Below, piece after piece: positions 1 to 9,452 of a DNA stretch of 64,000 nt. The notes beneath the pieces are model-generated. The model did no database searches. It was not told where the DNA came from and saw only the letters and a list, made by a program, of their open reading frames with translations. The stretch is from contig CAWJGT010000009.1 in the NCBI GenBank assembly GCA_963842525.1, positions 1,120,001-1,184,000 of the forward strand. Reading direction: 5' to 3'. The stretch's first letter is position 1. Every line of letters starts with the position of its first letter. The stretch comes from an uncultured Holophagales bacterium (GTDB lineage Bacteria > Acidobacteriota > Thermoanaerobaculia > Multivoradales > UBA5704). Both the position numbers and the translations under genes were made by a program.

Positions 1-1775
1 GCTGGTCGGGGTCCCGTGCCACGACATGAGCCGACAGGCGCAGAGCAGCTTGGAACAGCGGGGCGGCAGGATCGCCGGAGAGGAGATCGTAGTCGGTGAG
101 CAACGCAGGGACTCCAGTCACGGCCAGCTTGGCCTGCAGCCATGACACATCGAAGAGAAGCTCTCGCAACTCGTCCGCCATTCCTGCCTGGGCGAGATGC
201 CAGGGAAGCTGTTCGAAGTACCACCCGTCGTTGGGGCCAGTGGCGAAACCACCCGGCGAACAGGTGGTATAGCTTTCGATGAAGCGGCGCTGCAAGGATA
301 CCATGCTGCCGGCCGTCTTTCGGATGTAGTCGCGCTGAAGATCATGCAGGGCGAGGCGGTCTCCTGTCTCACGCAGGAGGAGAGACCGGTCGGCGAGAGC
401 ATTTAGAAGCCGGTTGGCCTCACTCTGATCGAGGCCGGCTGCGGACCACAGAGTTTCCACGGCGGCCCTGGGAATCGCCGCGTTCTCTGGAAAGACAGCC
501 AACTCAACATAACGCTCTCGCTCCTCCGGAGACAGAGCTTCGATGCTGGCCGCGAGAGCACGGAGCAGATTCGGGTAGGGATAGTCAGGGAAGTGGTTTT
601 CTAAGCGCTCCAGGTCGGCCTGACGAAGCCTGTGCAGAACTTCATCCCACTCGCCGAGCCGGCGGGCCAAGCCACCGGCCATGGCGAGAGCCAAAGGGAG
701 AAAACCGCATTCCTTTGCTACCTGATGAGCGGAGGATGGCATGTCGGCACGGTTCTGCCCGGCCCAGGAGGCGAGAAGGCGCAGGGCCTCGTCCGGCTCC
801 AAAACGTCTACCTGGAGTTCCCACGCCGCTATGCTCGCCAGGATTCCGCCGTTGCGGGTCGACAGCAGCAGACGGCCGGGTGGCGTGACCACGTCGAGGA
901 TCTGGGCAGCCTCGAGCGTCCAGACGTCGTCGAGGACAAGGAGCGCACGGCGACTGGCCAAAAATCGGCGGACCCGCTCTCGGGCCTGCGCAATGGAGGA
1001 GAGATCTGAGCTGTGGGCTCCCAAGGCGTCCGCCAACTCCCGTAAGAGGCCGAGGAGATTGGCTTCGCGGCCTACGCTTAACCAGTAAACCCCATCAGGG
1101 AAGGCCACACGCACTTCCGGGTCCCAGGCGATGGCGGCTGCCAGGACGGTCTTTCCGATTCCCCCCATACCCTGGACGCGCACCGAGCCCACTCCCGTGA
1201 TAGCCAGAGGAGTGCACGGACGGGCCAGGACAGCCTGCTTGAGGGTCGCGCTGTAAGAGGGCCGCTCCCGATAATAGGGAGGCAGTTTCGGGGGCAGGCC
1301 CACGGAGCCGGATAGAGAGGGGGGCGGCCGAAGGGAGATTGAAGAACTCCGCCAGGAGATCCGGATGGCGCTTGACGCACTCATCGAGTTCGGAGAGTGC
1401 CCAAATTCGGAGGTTCAGGGCGCCCGCCATTTCACGAGCCCGGTCGCGGGTGCCGGCGCTGATATCGCAGGTGACCATGAGCACCAGTTCCTCAGGGCGG
1501 TGCTTCGGGGGCAGCATCAGAATCTGCGCCACCGCAGCCATGGCATCGGAAGGGCCGAAGGCTCGGTAACGCTTACATTGGAAGACGGTCCGGCGGCCTT
1601 CGCGGGTACCAGCGAGGTCGCGGCCCTGATCGCCGCCGGAAGCGCCGAGGTGTTCGGCGTCCTGCCAGCCCTCGCGGCGTACGAGCCACAGGCACAGGCG
1701 CTCGAAGTCCGTGGGCGACAGCCGCTCGAAGGGCAAAGTATGCGTCGAGCGGGTGAGAGGGGGGTGGTTGGACAT
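1..1775 (-). CDS. Mrr-like restriction endonuclease domain + NB-ARC + APAF-1-like helical domain (NLR-like STAND protein); frameshift near 1300; runs off the window
   Basis: N-terminus FERLC..GGDQGRD..VFQCKRY is a PD-(D/E)XK Mrr_cat pattern. Manual translation of the shifted frame gives GMGGIGKT (Walker A), FPDGVYW, LLVLDDVW (Walker B), CGFLPLAL, LHDLQRDY and LPWHL. Confidence 0.85.
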
Positions 1776-2062
1776 CTGATTGAACGTAATCCCATTCTCT
1801 CAGAAGTGCATTCCGATTTATAGCCTCGTGGTCAACAGTCAGCCTTAGAGTCGTGCTCGTGGCGTTCCGATCCCTTCGCTCCTTCCCGTCGAGCGAACCT
1901 CGGCGACTGACTTCCGCACCTTGAAAGGAGATCAGGATGGACAGATTTCCTCGCTTCCAGGTACCGCCAGACGGCCGGCTCCCGCTTACGATCGGCTTGG
2001 TGCATTCCTCGGCTTTGGCCCCCCAACTGGGTGCCAGGCGATTCTCCAGAGGAGCCACCTCC

Positions 2063-2482
2063 TCAGAGAGGATGAATCCAAACTTCGCGGTGTGGCGCTG
2101 CGAGCCGCTCCAGATCATCACGGTCGCCGGTGAGGATATGGGCTCCTCCTGCCTCCACGGCATGGGCCACGACCAGCGCGTCCATGGTCTCGGCCGAGCG
2201 GGCTGCTCCCAGGAGGCGGCCGGCGGTGCGCCCATGGGCCTCGCGCGCCTCAGGCACGGAGCCGACAGCCTTCAGCACACGGTTGACGGGAGCGTCGCGC
2301 GGTCCGCCGCGGACGGTCTCGGCTACGACGACTACCGGGATTTCGACCGGTACTCCGAGCTCCAGGGCTCGGGCCAGGAATGCCCGCGCTCTCTGGTCTC
2401 CCCGGGCCAGAGCGATGACCGCCCCGGAATCGAGGATCAGGCGCTGCGGCGCTTGGCGGCCTTCTCTGCAGGTGACGGCCAT
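2063..2482 (-). CDS. PIN-domain VapC-type toxin
   Basis: LILDSGAV..VVVAE..MDALVVA..ILTGDRDD acidic PIN tetrad; overlaps the upstream antitoxin. Confidence 0.85.
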   Translation of the reverse strand: MAVTCREGRQAPQRLILDSGAVIALARGDQRARAFLARALELGVPVEIPVVVVAETVRGGPRDAPVNRVLKAVGSVPEAREAHGRTAGRLLGAARSAETMDALVVAHAVEAGGAHILTGDRDDLERLAAPHREVWIHPL

Positions 2483-2688
2483 GCTCTGCGGACCTCCTCA
2501 ATCACCTGCGGCTCGATCGGTCCCTTCTCCTGCTCGAGCTCCACGAGCAAGCCGGCGAGCCGGTCGTGCTGCAACTGGTGACGGAGGGCACGGTTGACGT
2601 AGCTCGAAAGCCCCCGGGAACCGACGACCTCTCGAGCTTCGGCGAGAAGCTCTTCCTCCAGGGTGAGGGAGACTTTCTCAGTTCGCAT
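2437..2688 (-). CDS. ribbon-helix-helix antitoxin (VapB/CcdA-like)
   Basis: KVSLTL..LLAEAR..LSSYVNRAL, 83 aa, directly upstream of the PIN gene. Confidence 0.75.
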   Translation of the reverse strand: MRTEKVSLTLEEELLAEAREVVGSRGLSSYVNRALRHQLQHDRLAGLLVELEQEKGPIEPQVIEEVRRAWPSPAEKAAKRRSA

Positions 2689-2794
2689 GCAGGAATCCTA
2701 CTCCAGGTAGGATTCAGGGGCAAGCGGGAAGCTCGATCCCTATTCCGCGGCTGGAATCACCGCCGCCAAGCGATCGTAGCGGCCGGGCCATCTC

Positions 2795-2998
2795 TTATTC
2801 GGTCTCTCGGAGCCGCAGCAGCTCCTCGAGGGACATGACGTTATCGAAGGTTCCCAGCTTCTCGGCGAGCTTCTCAAGGCGCTTCCGTCGGTTGAATTCG
2901 CTGATCGCCGTGACAATCGCATCGCGCTTGGTCCGGGCGTGGGTATGGCGGATGACTTCCTCCAGCTCCTTGTCCGGAATATCGATCGTCGTCTTCAT
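2795..2998 (-). CDS. VapB-family antitoxin, orphan
   Basis: MKTTIDIPDKEL..TKRDAIVTAI. It is followed only by a short possible toxin C-terminal relic (YDRLAAVIPAAE*, 2740-2790). Confidence 0.8.
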   Translation of the reverse strand: MKTTIDIPDKELEEVIRHTHARTKRDAIVTAISEFNRRKRLEKLAEKLGTFDNVMSLEELLRLRETE

Positions 2999-3201
2999 GC
3001 TTCCATGGTAGCAGAATCAGGAATCTTCCGTAGCGAGAGCGGGAATCTGGACGGCCCGTCCCTGCCAAGTAGGTGCGAGGCGATTCTTCAGGCAGTTCTG
3101 AAGATGTGCGTCTTCCTCTATTGAGTTGATCCTTGAACAGCGAGTAAGATAGCGAGCCGCGGAAGTACCCATATCGCCACTTAACCTTGTGGAGGAGTCC
3201 G

Positions 3202-5199
3202 ATGCTCGAACGTCGTGTCGTCGCCCTTGCTGTCGTCCTTTGTGCTCTCGCCGTATCACTCGCCGCGGAAGAGCCCGTCTTCCGCGACCTCACCCTGAAG
3301 TCGCTCCACAACCTTCCGCCCCGGGGAGACGTCGGGGAGGTTCCGCTGCCGGCCCGGTTCCGCGCTCTGGAAGTGGACGTCAAGGCCCTGACGAGCCTGC
3401 TGGACCGGACGCCGGCCGAGCGCTCGGCGTCGGCCGCGGCGGTGCCGGTGTTGCTTGCCCTGCCGTACCCGGACGGCACGGACCAGCTCTTCCGCATCGA
3501 GGAGTCGCCGATCTTCGAGCCGGAGCTGGCGGCCCGCTTTTCCGAGATCCGCACCTTCGTGGCGCAGGGGATCGACGATCCCACGGCGACCGCCCGTCTG
3601 AGCCTGACTCCATTGGGTTTCCATGCCATGGTGCTGTCGGCGTCGGGCACTGTGTTCGTGGACCCCTACCGCCGCTGGGATGCACGTTACGTCCTCTCCT
3701 ACTTCAAGAAAGACGGGCGCAAGGCGGCCGGGCCGGCCTTCCGGTGCGGCGTCCGGGACGGGCGCCCGGGTCTGGCAAGTGAGCACGCCATCGATCAGAT
3801 CCTCCCGCGGGTGATCACCGCCGAGGCCGCGTCGGGATCTCAGCTCCGTACCTATCGCCTGGCGCTCGCCGGGACCGGCGAGTACACGGCCGCGGTCTGC
3901 TCGCCCAATCCGGCGGCGGTGGCCTGCGGTCTGGCCGCCATGGCGGTGTCGATGAACCGGGTCAACGGGATCTTCGAGCGCGACGTGGCGATCCGGATGG
4001 TGATCGTGGCCAACAACAACCTGGTGGTCTACACCAACGGAGCCACCGATCCGTACTCCAACGGTAACGGCAGCGCCATGCTGGGGCAGAACCAGACCAA
4101 CCTGAACAGCGTCATCGGTTCGGCCAATTACGACATCGGTCACGTATTCTCGACCGGTGGCGGAGGCATCGCCCAACTGTCGGTGCCATGCACCGGGAGC
4201 AAGGCGCGCGGCGTCACCGGCCAGCCGAACCCGGTCGGCGACGGCTTCGACGTCGACTACGTGGCGCACGAGATGGGGCACCAGTTCGGCGCCGCCCATA
4301 CGTTCAACGGCACCACCGGCAATTGCGGCGGCGGCAACCGCTCCGCCTCGTCGGCGTACGAGCCGGGCAGCGGCTCGACGATCATGGCCTACGCCGGTAT
4401 CTGCGGCGCCGAGAACCTCCAGCCGCATAGCGACGACACCTTCCACACCCGGAGCTTCGACCAGATCGTAGCGTTTTCGACCGGGTTTACCGGCAGCTCC
4501 TGTCCGGTCATCACTGCGACCGGCAACTCTGCTCCCAGTGTCAATGCCGGCGCCGCTTTCACGGTTCCGCGGCAGACGCCGTTCACTCTCACCGGCTCGG
4601 CCACCGATCCGGACCCCGACACCCTGACCTACATGTGGGAGGAATTCGACCTGGGCAGCGCCGCGCCGCCCAACACCGACACCAATGCGGTGCGGCCGAT
4701 CTTCCGCTCGTTCGTGCCGTTGACCGTGCCGAGCCGCACCTTCCCCCGCCTCTCGGACATCCTCGGCAACGTCGCGACCCTGGGCGAGTCGATGTCGAAC
4801 CGCAACCGTACGATGACGTTCCGCCTGACAGCCCGTGACAACCGTGCGGGCGGCGGTGGGGTCAACTACGCTTCGACCACGGTACGGGTGGTCACCTCGG
4901 CCGGGCCGTTCACCGTCACCCAGCCCAACACGGCGGTGACCTGGGCCGGCGGCAGCTCGCAGACGGTGACCTGGAACGTGGCGAGCACTACCTCGTCGCC
5001 GGTCAGTTGCGCCAACGTCGCGATCGACCTCTCGACCGACGGCGGCGCCACCTTCAACAACCTCCTGGCCTCGACGCCCAACGACGGTACGCAGTCCGTG
5101 ACGATCCCCAGCACGCCGACCACCCAGGCGCGCATCCGCGTCACCTGTGTGGGCAACATCTTCTTCGACATCTCGAACGCCAACTTCACGATCACATAG
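3202..5199 (+). CDS. secreted reprolysin-like (M12B) zinc metallopeptidase
   Basis: Signal peptide, HEMGHQFGAAH zinc motif, TIMAYAG Met-turn, Ig-like C-terminus; GGAGG RBS before ATG 3202. Confidence 0.9.
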   Translation: MLERRVVALAVVLCALAVSLAAEEPVFRDLTLKSLHNLPPRGDVGEVPLPARFRALEVDVKALTSLLDRTPAERSASAAAVPVLLALPYPDGTDQLFRIEESPIFEPELAARFSEIRTFVAQGIDDPTATARLSLTPLGFHAMVLSASGTVFVDPYRRWDARYVLSYFKKDGRKAAGPAFRCGVRDGRPGLASEHAIDQILPRVITAEAASGSQLRTYRLALAGTGEYTAAVCSPNPAAVACGLAAMAVSMNRVNGIFERDVAIRMVIVANNNLVVYTNGATDPYSNGNGSAMLGQNQTNLNSVIGSANYDIGHVFSTGGGGIAQLSVPCTGSKARGVTGQPNPVGDGFDVDYVAHEMGHQFGAAHTFNGTTGNCGGGNRSASSAYEPGSGSTIMAYAGICGAENLQPHSDDTFHTRSFDQIVAFSTGFTGSSCPVITATGNSAPSVNAGAAFTVPRQTPFTLTGSATDPDPDTLTYMWEEFDLGSAAPPNTDTNAVRPIFRSFVPLTVPSRTFPRLSDILGNVATLGESMSNRNRTMTFRLTARDNRAGGGGVNYASTTVRVVTSAGPFTVTQPNTAVTWAGGSSQTVTWNVASTTSSPVSCANVAIDLSTDGGATFNNLLASTPNDGTQSVTIPSTPTTQARIRVTCVGNIFFDISNANFTIT

Positions 5200-5372
5200 G
5201 TAGATAGGGAAGAGAGCCGGACCGGGGCGCGAGGGAACGCCCTGGTCCGGTCAGAAAAGAGACAATGAAATGCCACGCTCGGAGCTTTGCAACGCTCCGA
5301 CCCTCTCCATGAGCTTAAGAAGCTATACGTAAAGATCGGCCGGGGGTTGCACCGCGATAGAATGGCCGCGTC

Positions 5373-7358
5373 ATGAACTTGAAGACCATAGCGCTAGGTT
5401 TGGCTCTCATCACAGTGGCCGGGGTGGTCGCCCAGGTGCTCCCCAAGACCCTCGAGACCGCGCCGGCCCAGGCAGCTCAGCCCGGCGAGGATTGGCCCGC
5501 CTGGGGCCGCGATCCCGGCGGGCAGCGCTTTTCTCCGCTCGCTGTCATCGATCGGGAAAATGTCCAGTCCCTCAAGGTCGCCTGGACCTTCCGCACCGGC
5601 GATTCCTATCAGCCCAAGGATTCCAGGCCCACCGCCTTCGAAGCGACTCCAATTTACGTCGACGGCACGCTGTATCTTTCGACACCGCTCGGCCGCATCT
5701 TCGCGCTCGATCCCGTGACCGGCACGCAGCGCTGGGTCTACGATGCCAGGATCGACAAGGATGCCGGCTATGGCGACTTCGTCAGCCGCGGCGTCTCCAC
5801 GTGGAAGTCGCCGTCCGGCCAGCGCCGGATCTTCCTCGCCACGATCGATGCGCGCCTGATCGCGGTCGATGCTGCCACCGGCAAGCCCTGCACCGACTTC
5901 GGAAAGAAGGGCATTGTCGATCTGCGCCGTGGCCTGCGCATCCCTCCGGCGCGCGATCACTACGCCGACTACGAGGAAACCTCGCCGCCGGCCGTCATCG
6001 GCAACACGATCGTCGTCGGCTCCGGCATCGCCGACAACGACGCCGTCAACCAGCCCAGCGGGGAAGTGCGCGGCTTCGACGTGGTCACCGGCAAGCTGAA
6101 GTGGTCCTGGGACCCCATTCCGCAGGACCCGAAGGCTCCCGGTGCCGAGACCTGGAAGAATGGCAGTGCGCGACGCACCGGCGCAGCCAACGCCTGGTCC
6201 GTCCTGGCCGCCGATCCCGAGCGCAACCTGGTCTTCGTCCCCACCGGCAGCGCCAGCCCCGACTACTATGGCGGCGAGCGTCTGGGCAACAACCTCTATG
6301 CGAATTCCATCGTGGCTCTGCGCGCCGACACCGGCGAGCGCGTCTGGTCGTTCCAGACCGTGCACCACGACCTCTGGGACTACGATGTCGCCTCGCCGCC
6401 GGTACTGTTCAACGTCCATCGCGACGGCCGGGTCGTGCCCGCTCTTGGCGTCGGATCGAAGAGCGGCAATTTCTTCGTCCTGCACCGCGAAACCGGCGAA
6501 CCCATTTTCGGCGTCGAGGAGCGGCCGGTCCCGAAGAGCGATGTGCCGGGCGAGGTCGCGTCGCCCACGCAGCCGTTCCCCGTGGCGCCGCGTCCGCTGG
6601 CGCAGCAGACGTTGAACGTCGAGGAGATCCAGGGACCCGAGCCCGACCGCAAGTGGTGCCGCGAGGCGATCGCCAGGCTCCGGTCCGAAGGGGTTTTCAC
6701 GCCGCCCAGCCTGCGGGGATCGATCCTGATTCCGGGCAACGTCGGCGGCATGAACTGGAGCGGCGCCGCCTACGATCCCGCCAACCGGCTGCTGCTGATT
6801 CCATCGAACAACCTGGCCGCGGAGGTCCGCCTGATTGCGCGCGCCGATTTCGACCGCGAGCGCGAGACTGCCGGCCGGGACCTGACCGGCGGATGGGAAT
6901 TCGCCCGCCAGTCCGGAACGCCCTACGGTATGGCGCGACGCCTGCTCCGCGCTCCCGGAGGCTGGCCGTGCACACCGCCGCCCTGGGGTGTGCTCAGCGC
7001 GGTCGACGCCGACACCGGCGCCGTCCGCTGGACCGTGCCGACCGGCCACTTGCCGGCGCTGGGACCGGCGGGCCCGCCGCCTCCGCACTACGGCTCAATA
7101 ACTCTCGGCGGACCCATTGTCACTGCCGGTGGCCTCGTCTTCATGGCCGGAACGCTCGATCCGGCTCTCCGCGCCTTCGACGTCGCCACCGGCAAGGAGC
7201 TCTGGAAAGGCGAGCTGCCCACGAGCGCCCGTGCCATGCCCATGACCTTCCGCGGCCCCGACGGCAAGCAATACGTGGTGATCTCCGCCGGCGGCCACGG
7301 CCTGCCTGTCACACCACTCGGCGACTACGTCATCGCCTTTGCGCTCGCAACTCGCTAA
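5373..7358 (+). CDS. PQQ-dependent dehydrogenase (glucose/quinate/shikimate type)
   Basis: W..WGRD.GGQRFSPL, FEATP, FQTVHHDLWDYD, GKQYVVISAGGH. Confidence 0.92.
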   Translation: MNLKTIALGLALITVAGVVAQVLPKTLETAPAQAAQPGEDWPAWGRDPGGQRFSPLAVIDRENVQSLKVAWTFRTGDSYQPKDSRPTAFEATPIYVDGTLYLSTPLGRIFALDPVTGTQRWVYDARIDKDAGYGDFVSRGVSTWKSPSGQRRIFLATIDARLIAVDAATGKPCTDFGKKGIVDLRRGLRIPPARDHYADYEETSPPAVIGNTIVVGSGIADNDAVNQPSGEVRGFDVVTGKLKWSWDPIPQDPKAPGAETWKNGSARRTGAANAWSVLAADPERNLVFVPTGSASPDYYGGERLGNNLYANSIVALRADTGERVWSFQTVHHDLWDYDVASPPVLFNVHRDGRVVPALGVGSKSGNFFVLHRETGEPIFGVEERPVPKSDVPGEVASPTQPFPVAPRPLAQQTLNVEEIQGPEPDRKWCREAIARLRSEGVFTPPSLRGSILIPGNVGGMNWSGAAYDPANRLLLIPSNNLAAEVRLIARADFDRERETAGRDLTGGWEFARQSGTPYGMARRLLRAPGGWPCTPPPWGVLSAVDADTGAVRWTVPTGHLPALGPAGPPPPHYGSITLGGPIVTAGGLVFMAGTLDPALRAFDVATGKELWKGELPTSARAMPMTFRGPDGKQYVVISAGGHGLPVTPLGDYVIAFALATR

Positions 7359-7496
7359 GATGCCGCTTCTGTCGTCCACTTGATCTCGGCCTGCTTCAGA
7401 GTTAAAATATGAAAGTATGCGCTCTGATCGCTCCATCTAGAAGGGGACGAGAAACCATGCCGCTGGAAAACTGCGGAAAACCAGAGGGAGGTCTAG

Positions 7497-7862
7497 ATGC
7501 CGAAGGGCCTGTTCTCCAAGCAGAACGTTCCTACGGGCTCGACACTGCATGCCAAAGTCTCACCGACCGCGGCTCCACCGCCGGACCGATGGAGCGCCGA
7601 TCTCTTCCTGCGGCGCCAGGATGGACAGCTCGAAGCGCATTTCGACAATGCCGCCCTGCGCGCGGGGGTGGCACAGGTGCTGAATGGAGCAGGCGACGAC
7701 CACTACATTGGCCAGCTCGTCCTGACCTTCGCCGGCCCGAGCAACGCTCAGGTGGACCTCAAGATCACCAAGCCCGGCGGATCGCCGCACGGCAAGGTCT
7801 ACAGCGAGGTTCATTCCTCTGCACCTGCGGATGCGGTCGCGATCATCATCTTCATGGCCTGA
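7497..7862 (+). CDS. hypothetical protein
   Basis: GGAGG RBS, coding-like composition, 10 bp upstream of the next gene. Confidence 0.6.
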   Translation: MPKGLFSKQNVPTGSTLHAKVSPTAAPPPDRWSADLFLRRQDGQLEAHFDNAALRAGVAQVLNGAGDDHYIGQLVLTFAGPSNAQVDLKITKPGGSPHGKVYSEVHSSAPADAVAIIIFMA

Positions 7863-7872
7863 GGGAGGCAGC

Positions 7873-9402
7873 ATGAAAACAGCAATGCTCAAGCCCGGCA
7901 CGCTGGTCGCCCTCGTTGTCTGCCTGCTGGCGATGGGGCCGGCGGCTCAAGCCGCAGAGATGTGCCAGCCGGAGGACACTGTCGGCTCGTGCTGGGATCG
8001 CATCAGGCAAGAAGTGGCACCGGAGCCGGAGGCCTCTGCGGAGGAAACTGTGCAGGAAACCGAGGCCGAGGAAGAGCAGGATCTCGAAGAGCAGCCCACC
8101 GGCCAGGATACGAGCGGTACGACGCTGCAAGCGACGACCAAGAGCTTCCTGCCGCTGCTTGCTTTTGCGGGACTCTTTGGCCAGGGCGACGTGGTGGACG
8201 ACCAGGGCGACCTCATCGCCGACCTCAACTTTCTGCTGCCGGGTGGCCTCGGAGGCAAGAACTCTCAGTTGCAGGCGATCACGGCAACCGAGCCCGCTCT
8301 CTCCTCGGTGGTGCGGGACGCCCTTCCGGAAGCCTCGCGCGACGAGCTTGCTGGCCAGCTCGAGGATCAGCTTTCGGCCGGGGATGACCTCGTCATCAGC
8401 TTTACCTACAACATGGAAGGCCTCAAGCGCGGTCGCGACTTCGAGATCTACCGCGGTCGGTATCAGGCCCTGGTCCAGCCCTTTGTCCTCGAGATGGAAG
8501 ACCAGCAGAGGCAATCTGGCCCTGCATTGGCAGCCGCTCTGAACGAAGTGCGGTGCACCGGAGCGGACGATCTGGAGGACGTGACGTTCGAGGAGATCAA
8601 GGAGTCCGAGACGTGTGGCGGCGATCAGGCCGAGCGGGTGGCCAAGGCGCTGGCAGCGCGAAGGAGTGTCGCCGCGGCTGCGCAAGCCTTCTACTCGAAC
8701 CTGCGAACCCTGCGCGAGAAGCTCGTGGAGGCAGGCCTCGACCGGTTCGGTGAGCTGGTGGCCAACCAGCCGCAGCTCCACCTCAGCATCAAGCGGAACG
8801 AGAGGGAGGCTCTCGTCGGGCCCAATGCAACGTCCGGAAAGCTGACCTTCGAATGGTCCCGCACGAACCTCAATCAGGCGCTGAGATCGGACGAGTGCCA
8901 TCAGGATCTCGAGCTGTCCGCGGAAACGGCCGATCGGGACCTGGTCAAGAGGTGCCTCGCCCAATACAAGGGTTTCATGGCCAAGCATGGCAAGGAGGTC
9001 ACCGAAGGCGAGCGGTTCTCGTTCTCGCTCGAGTACGAGAGCAACGACACCCTGGAGGTGCCCCTTGCGGCTCTGCTGCCGGACTCGGAGCTGACGGACC
9101 TCAGGATCCCAGGGTCGAAGAAGAGGATCGCGGCTTTGGGCTGGAGTCGCAATTTCGTCGGTTTGCAGGACCAGCCGACCCGCTTCGACATCGTGGCCCG
9201 CTACGAGGATGTCAGCGATGATCCGACGCGCCGGGACCGGCTCGTGGCAACCGCCACCTTCGAGCTCAAGGTGGGACAGCTCGATGTCCCTCTAGGCGTG
9301 GTCTACGCCAATCACGGCGAGTTCCTGGGCGAGGTCGACGAGCAGCTCAGCGCCCATTTGGGCCTCAGGTTCAAGCTCAAGGGCATAGGCGGGGAAGAGT
9401 AA
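7873..9402 (+). CDS. hypothetical secreted protein with beta-strand-rich C-terminus
   Basis: GGAGG RBS, signal peptide ending AAQA, paired Cys, amphipathic strands ending LGLRFKL. Confidence 0.75.
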   Translation: MKTAMLKPGTLVALVVCLLAMGPAAQAAEMCQPEDTVGSCWDRIRQEVAPEPEASAEETVQETEAEEEQDLEEQPTGQDTSGTTLQATTKSFLPLLAFAGLFGQGDVVDDQGDLIADLNFLLPGGLGGKNSQLQAITATEPALSSVVRDALPEASRDELAGQLEDQLSAGDDLVISFTYNMEGLKRGRDFEIYRGRYQALVQPFVLEMEDQQRQSGPALAAALNEVRCTGADDLEDVTFEEIKESETCGGDQAERVAKALAARRSVAAAAQAFYSNLRTLREKLVEAGLDRFGELVANQPQLHLSIKRNEREALVGPNATSGKLTFEWSRTNLNQALRSDECHQDLELSAETADRDLVKRCLAQYKGFMAKHGKEVTEGERFSFSLEYESNDTLEVPLAALLPDSELTDLRIPGSKKRIAALGWSRNFVGLQDQPTRFDIVARYEDVSDDPTRRDRLVATATFELKVGQLDVPLGVVYANHGEFLGEVDEQLSAHLGLRFKLKGIGGEE

Positions 9403-9452
9403 ACGGGAAGCCCTTCAAAAGAGCCGCGCTGCGGACTGAAGTACACTTCGTC

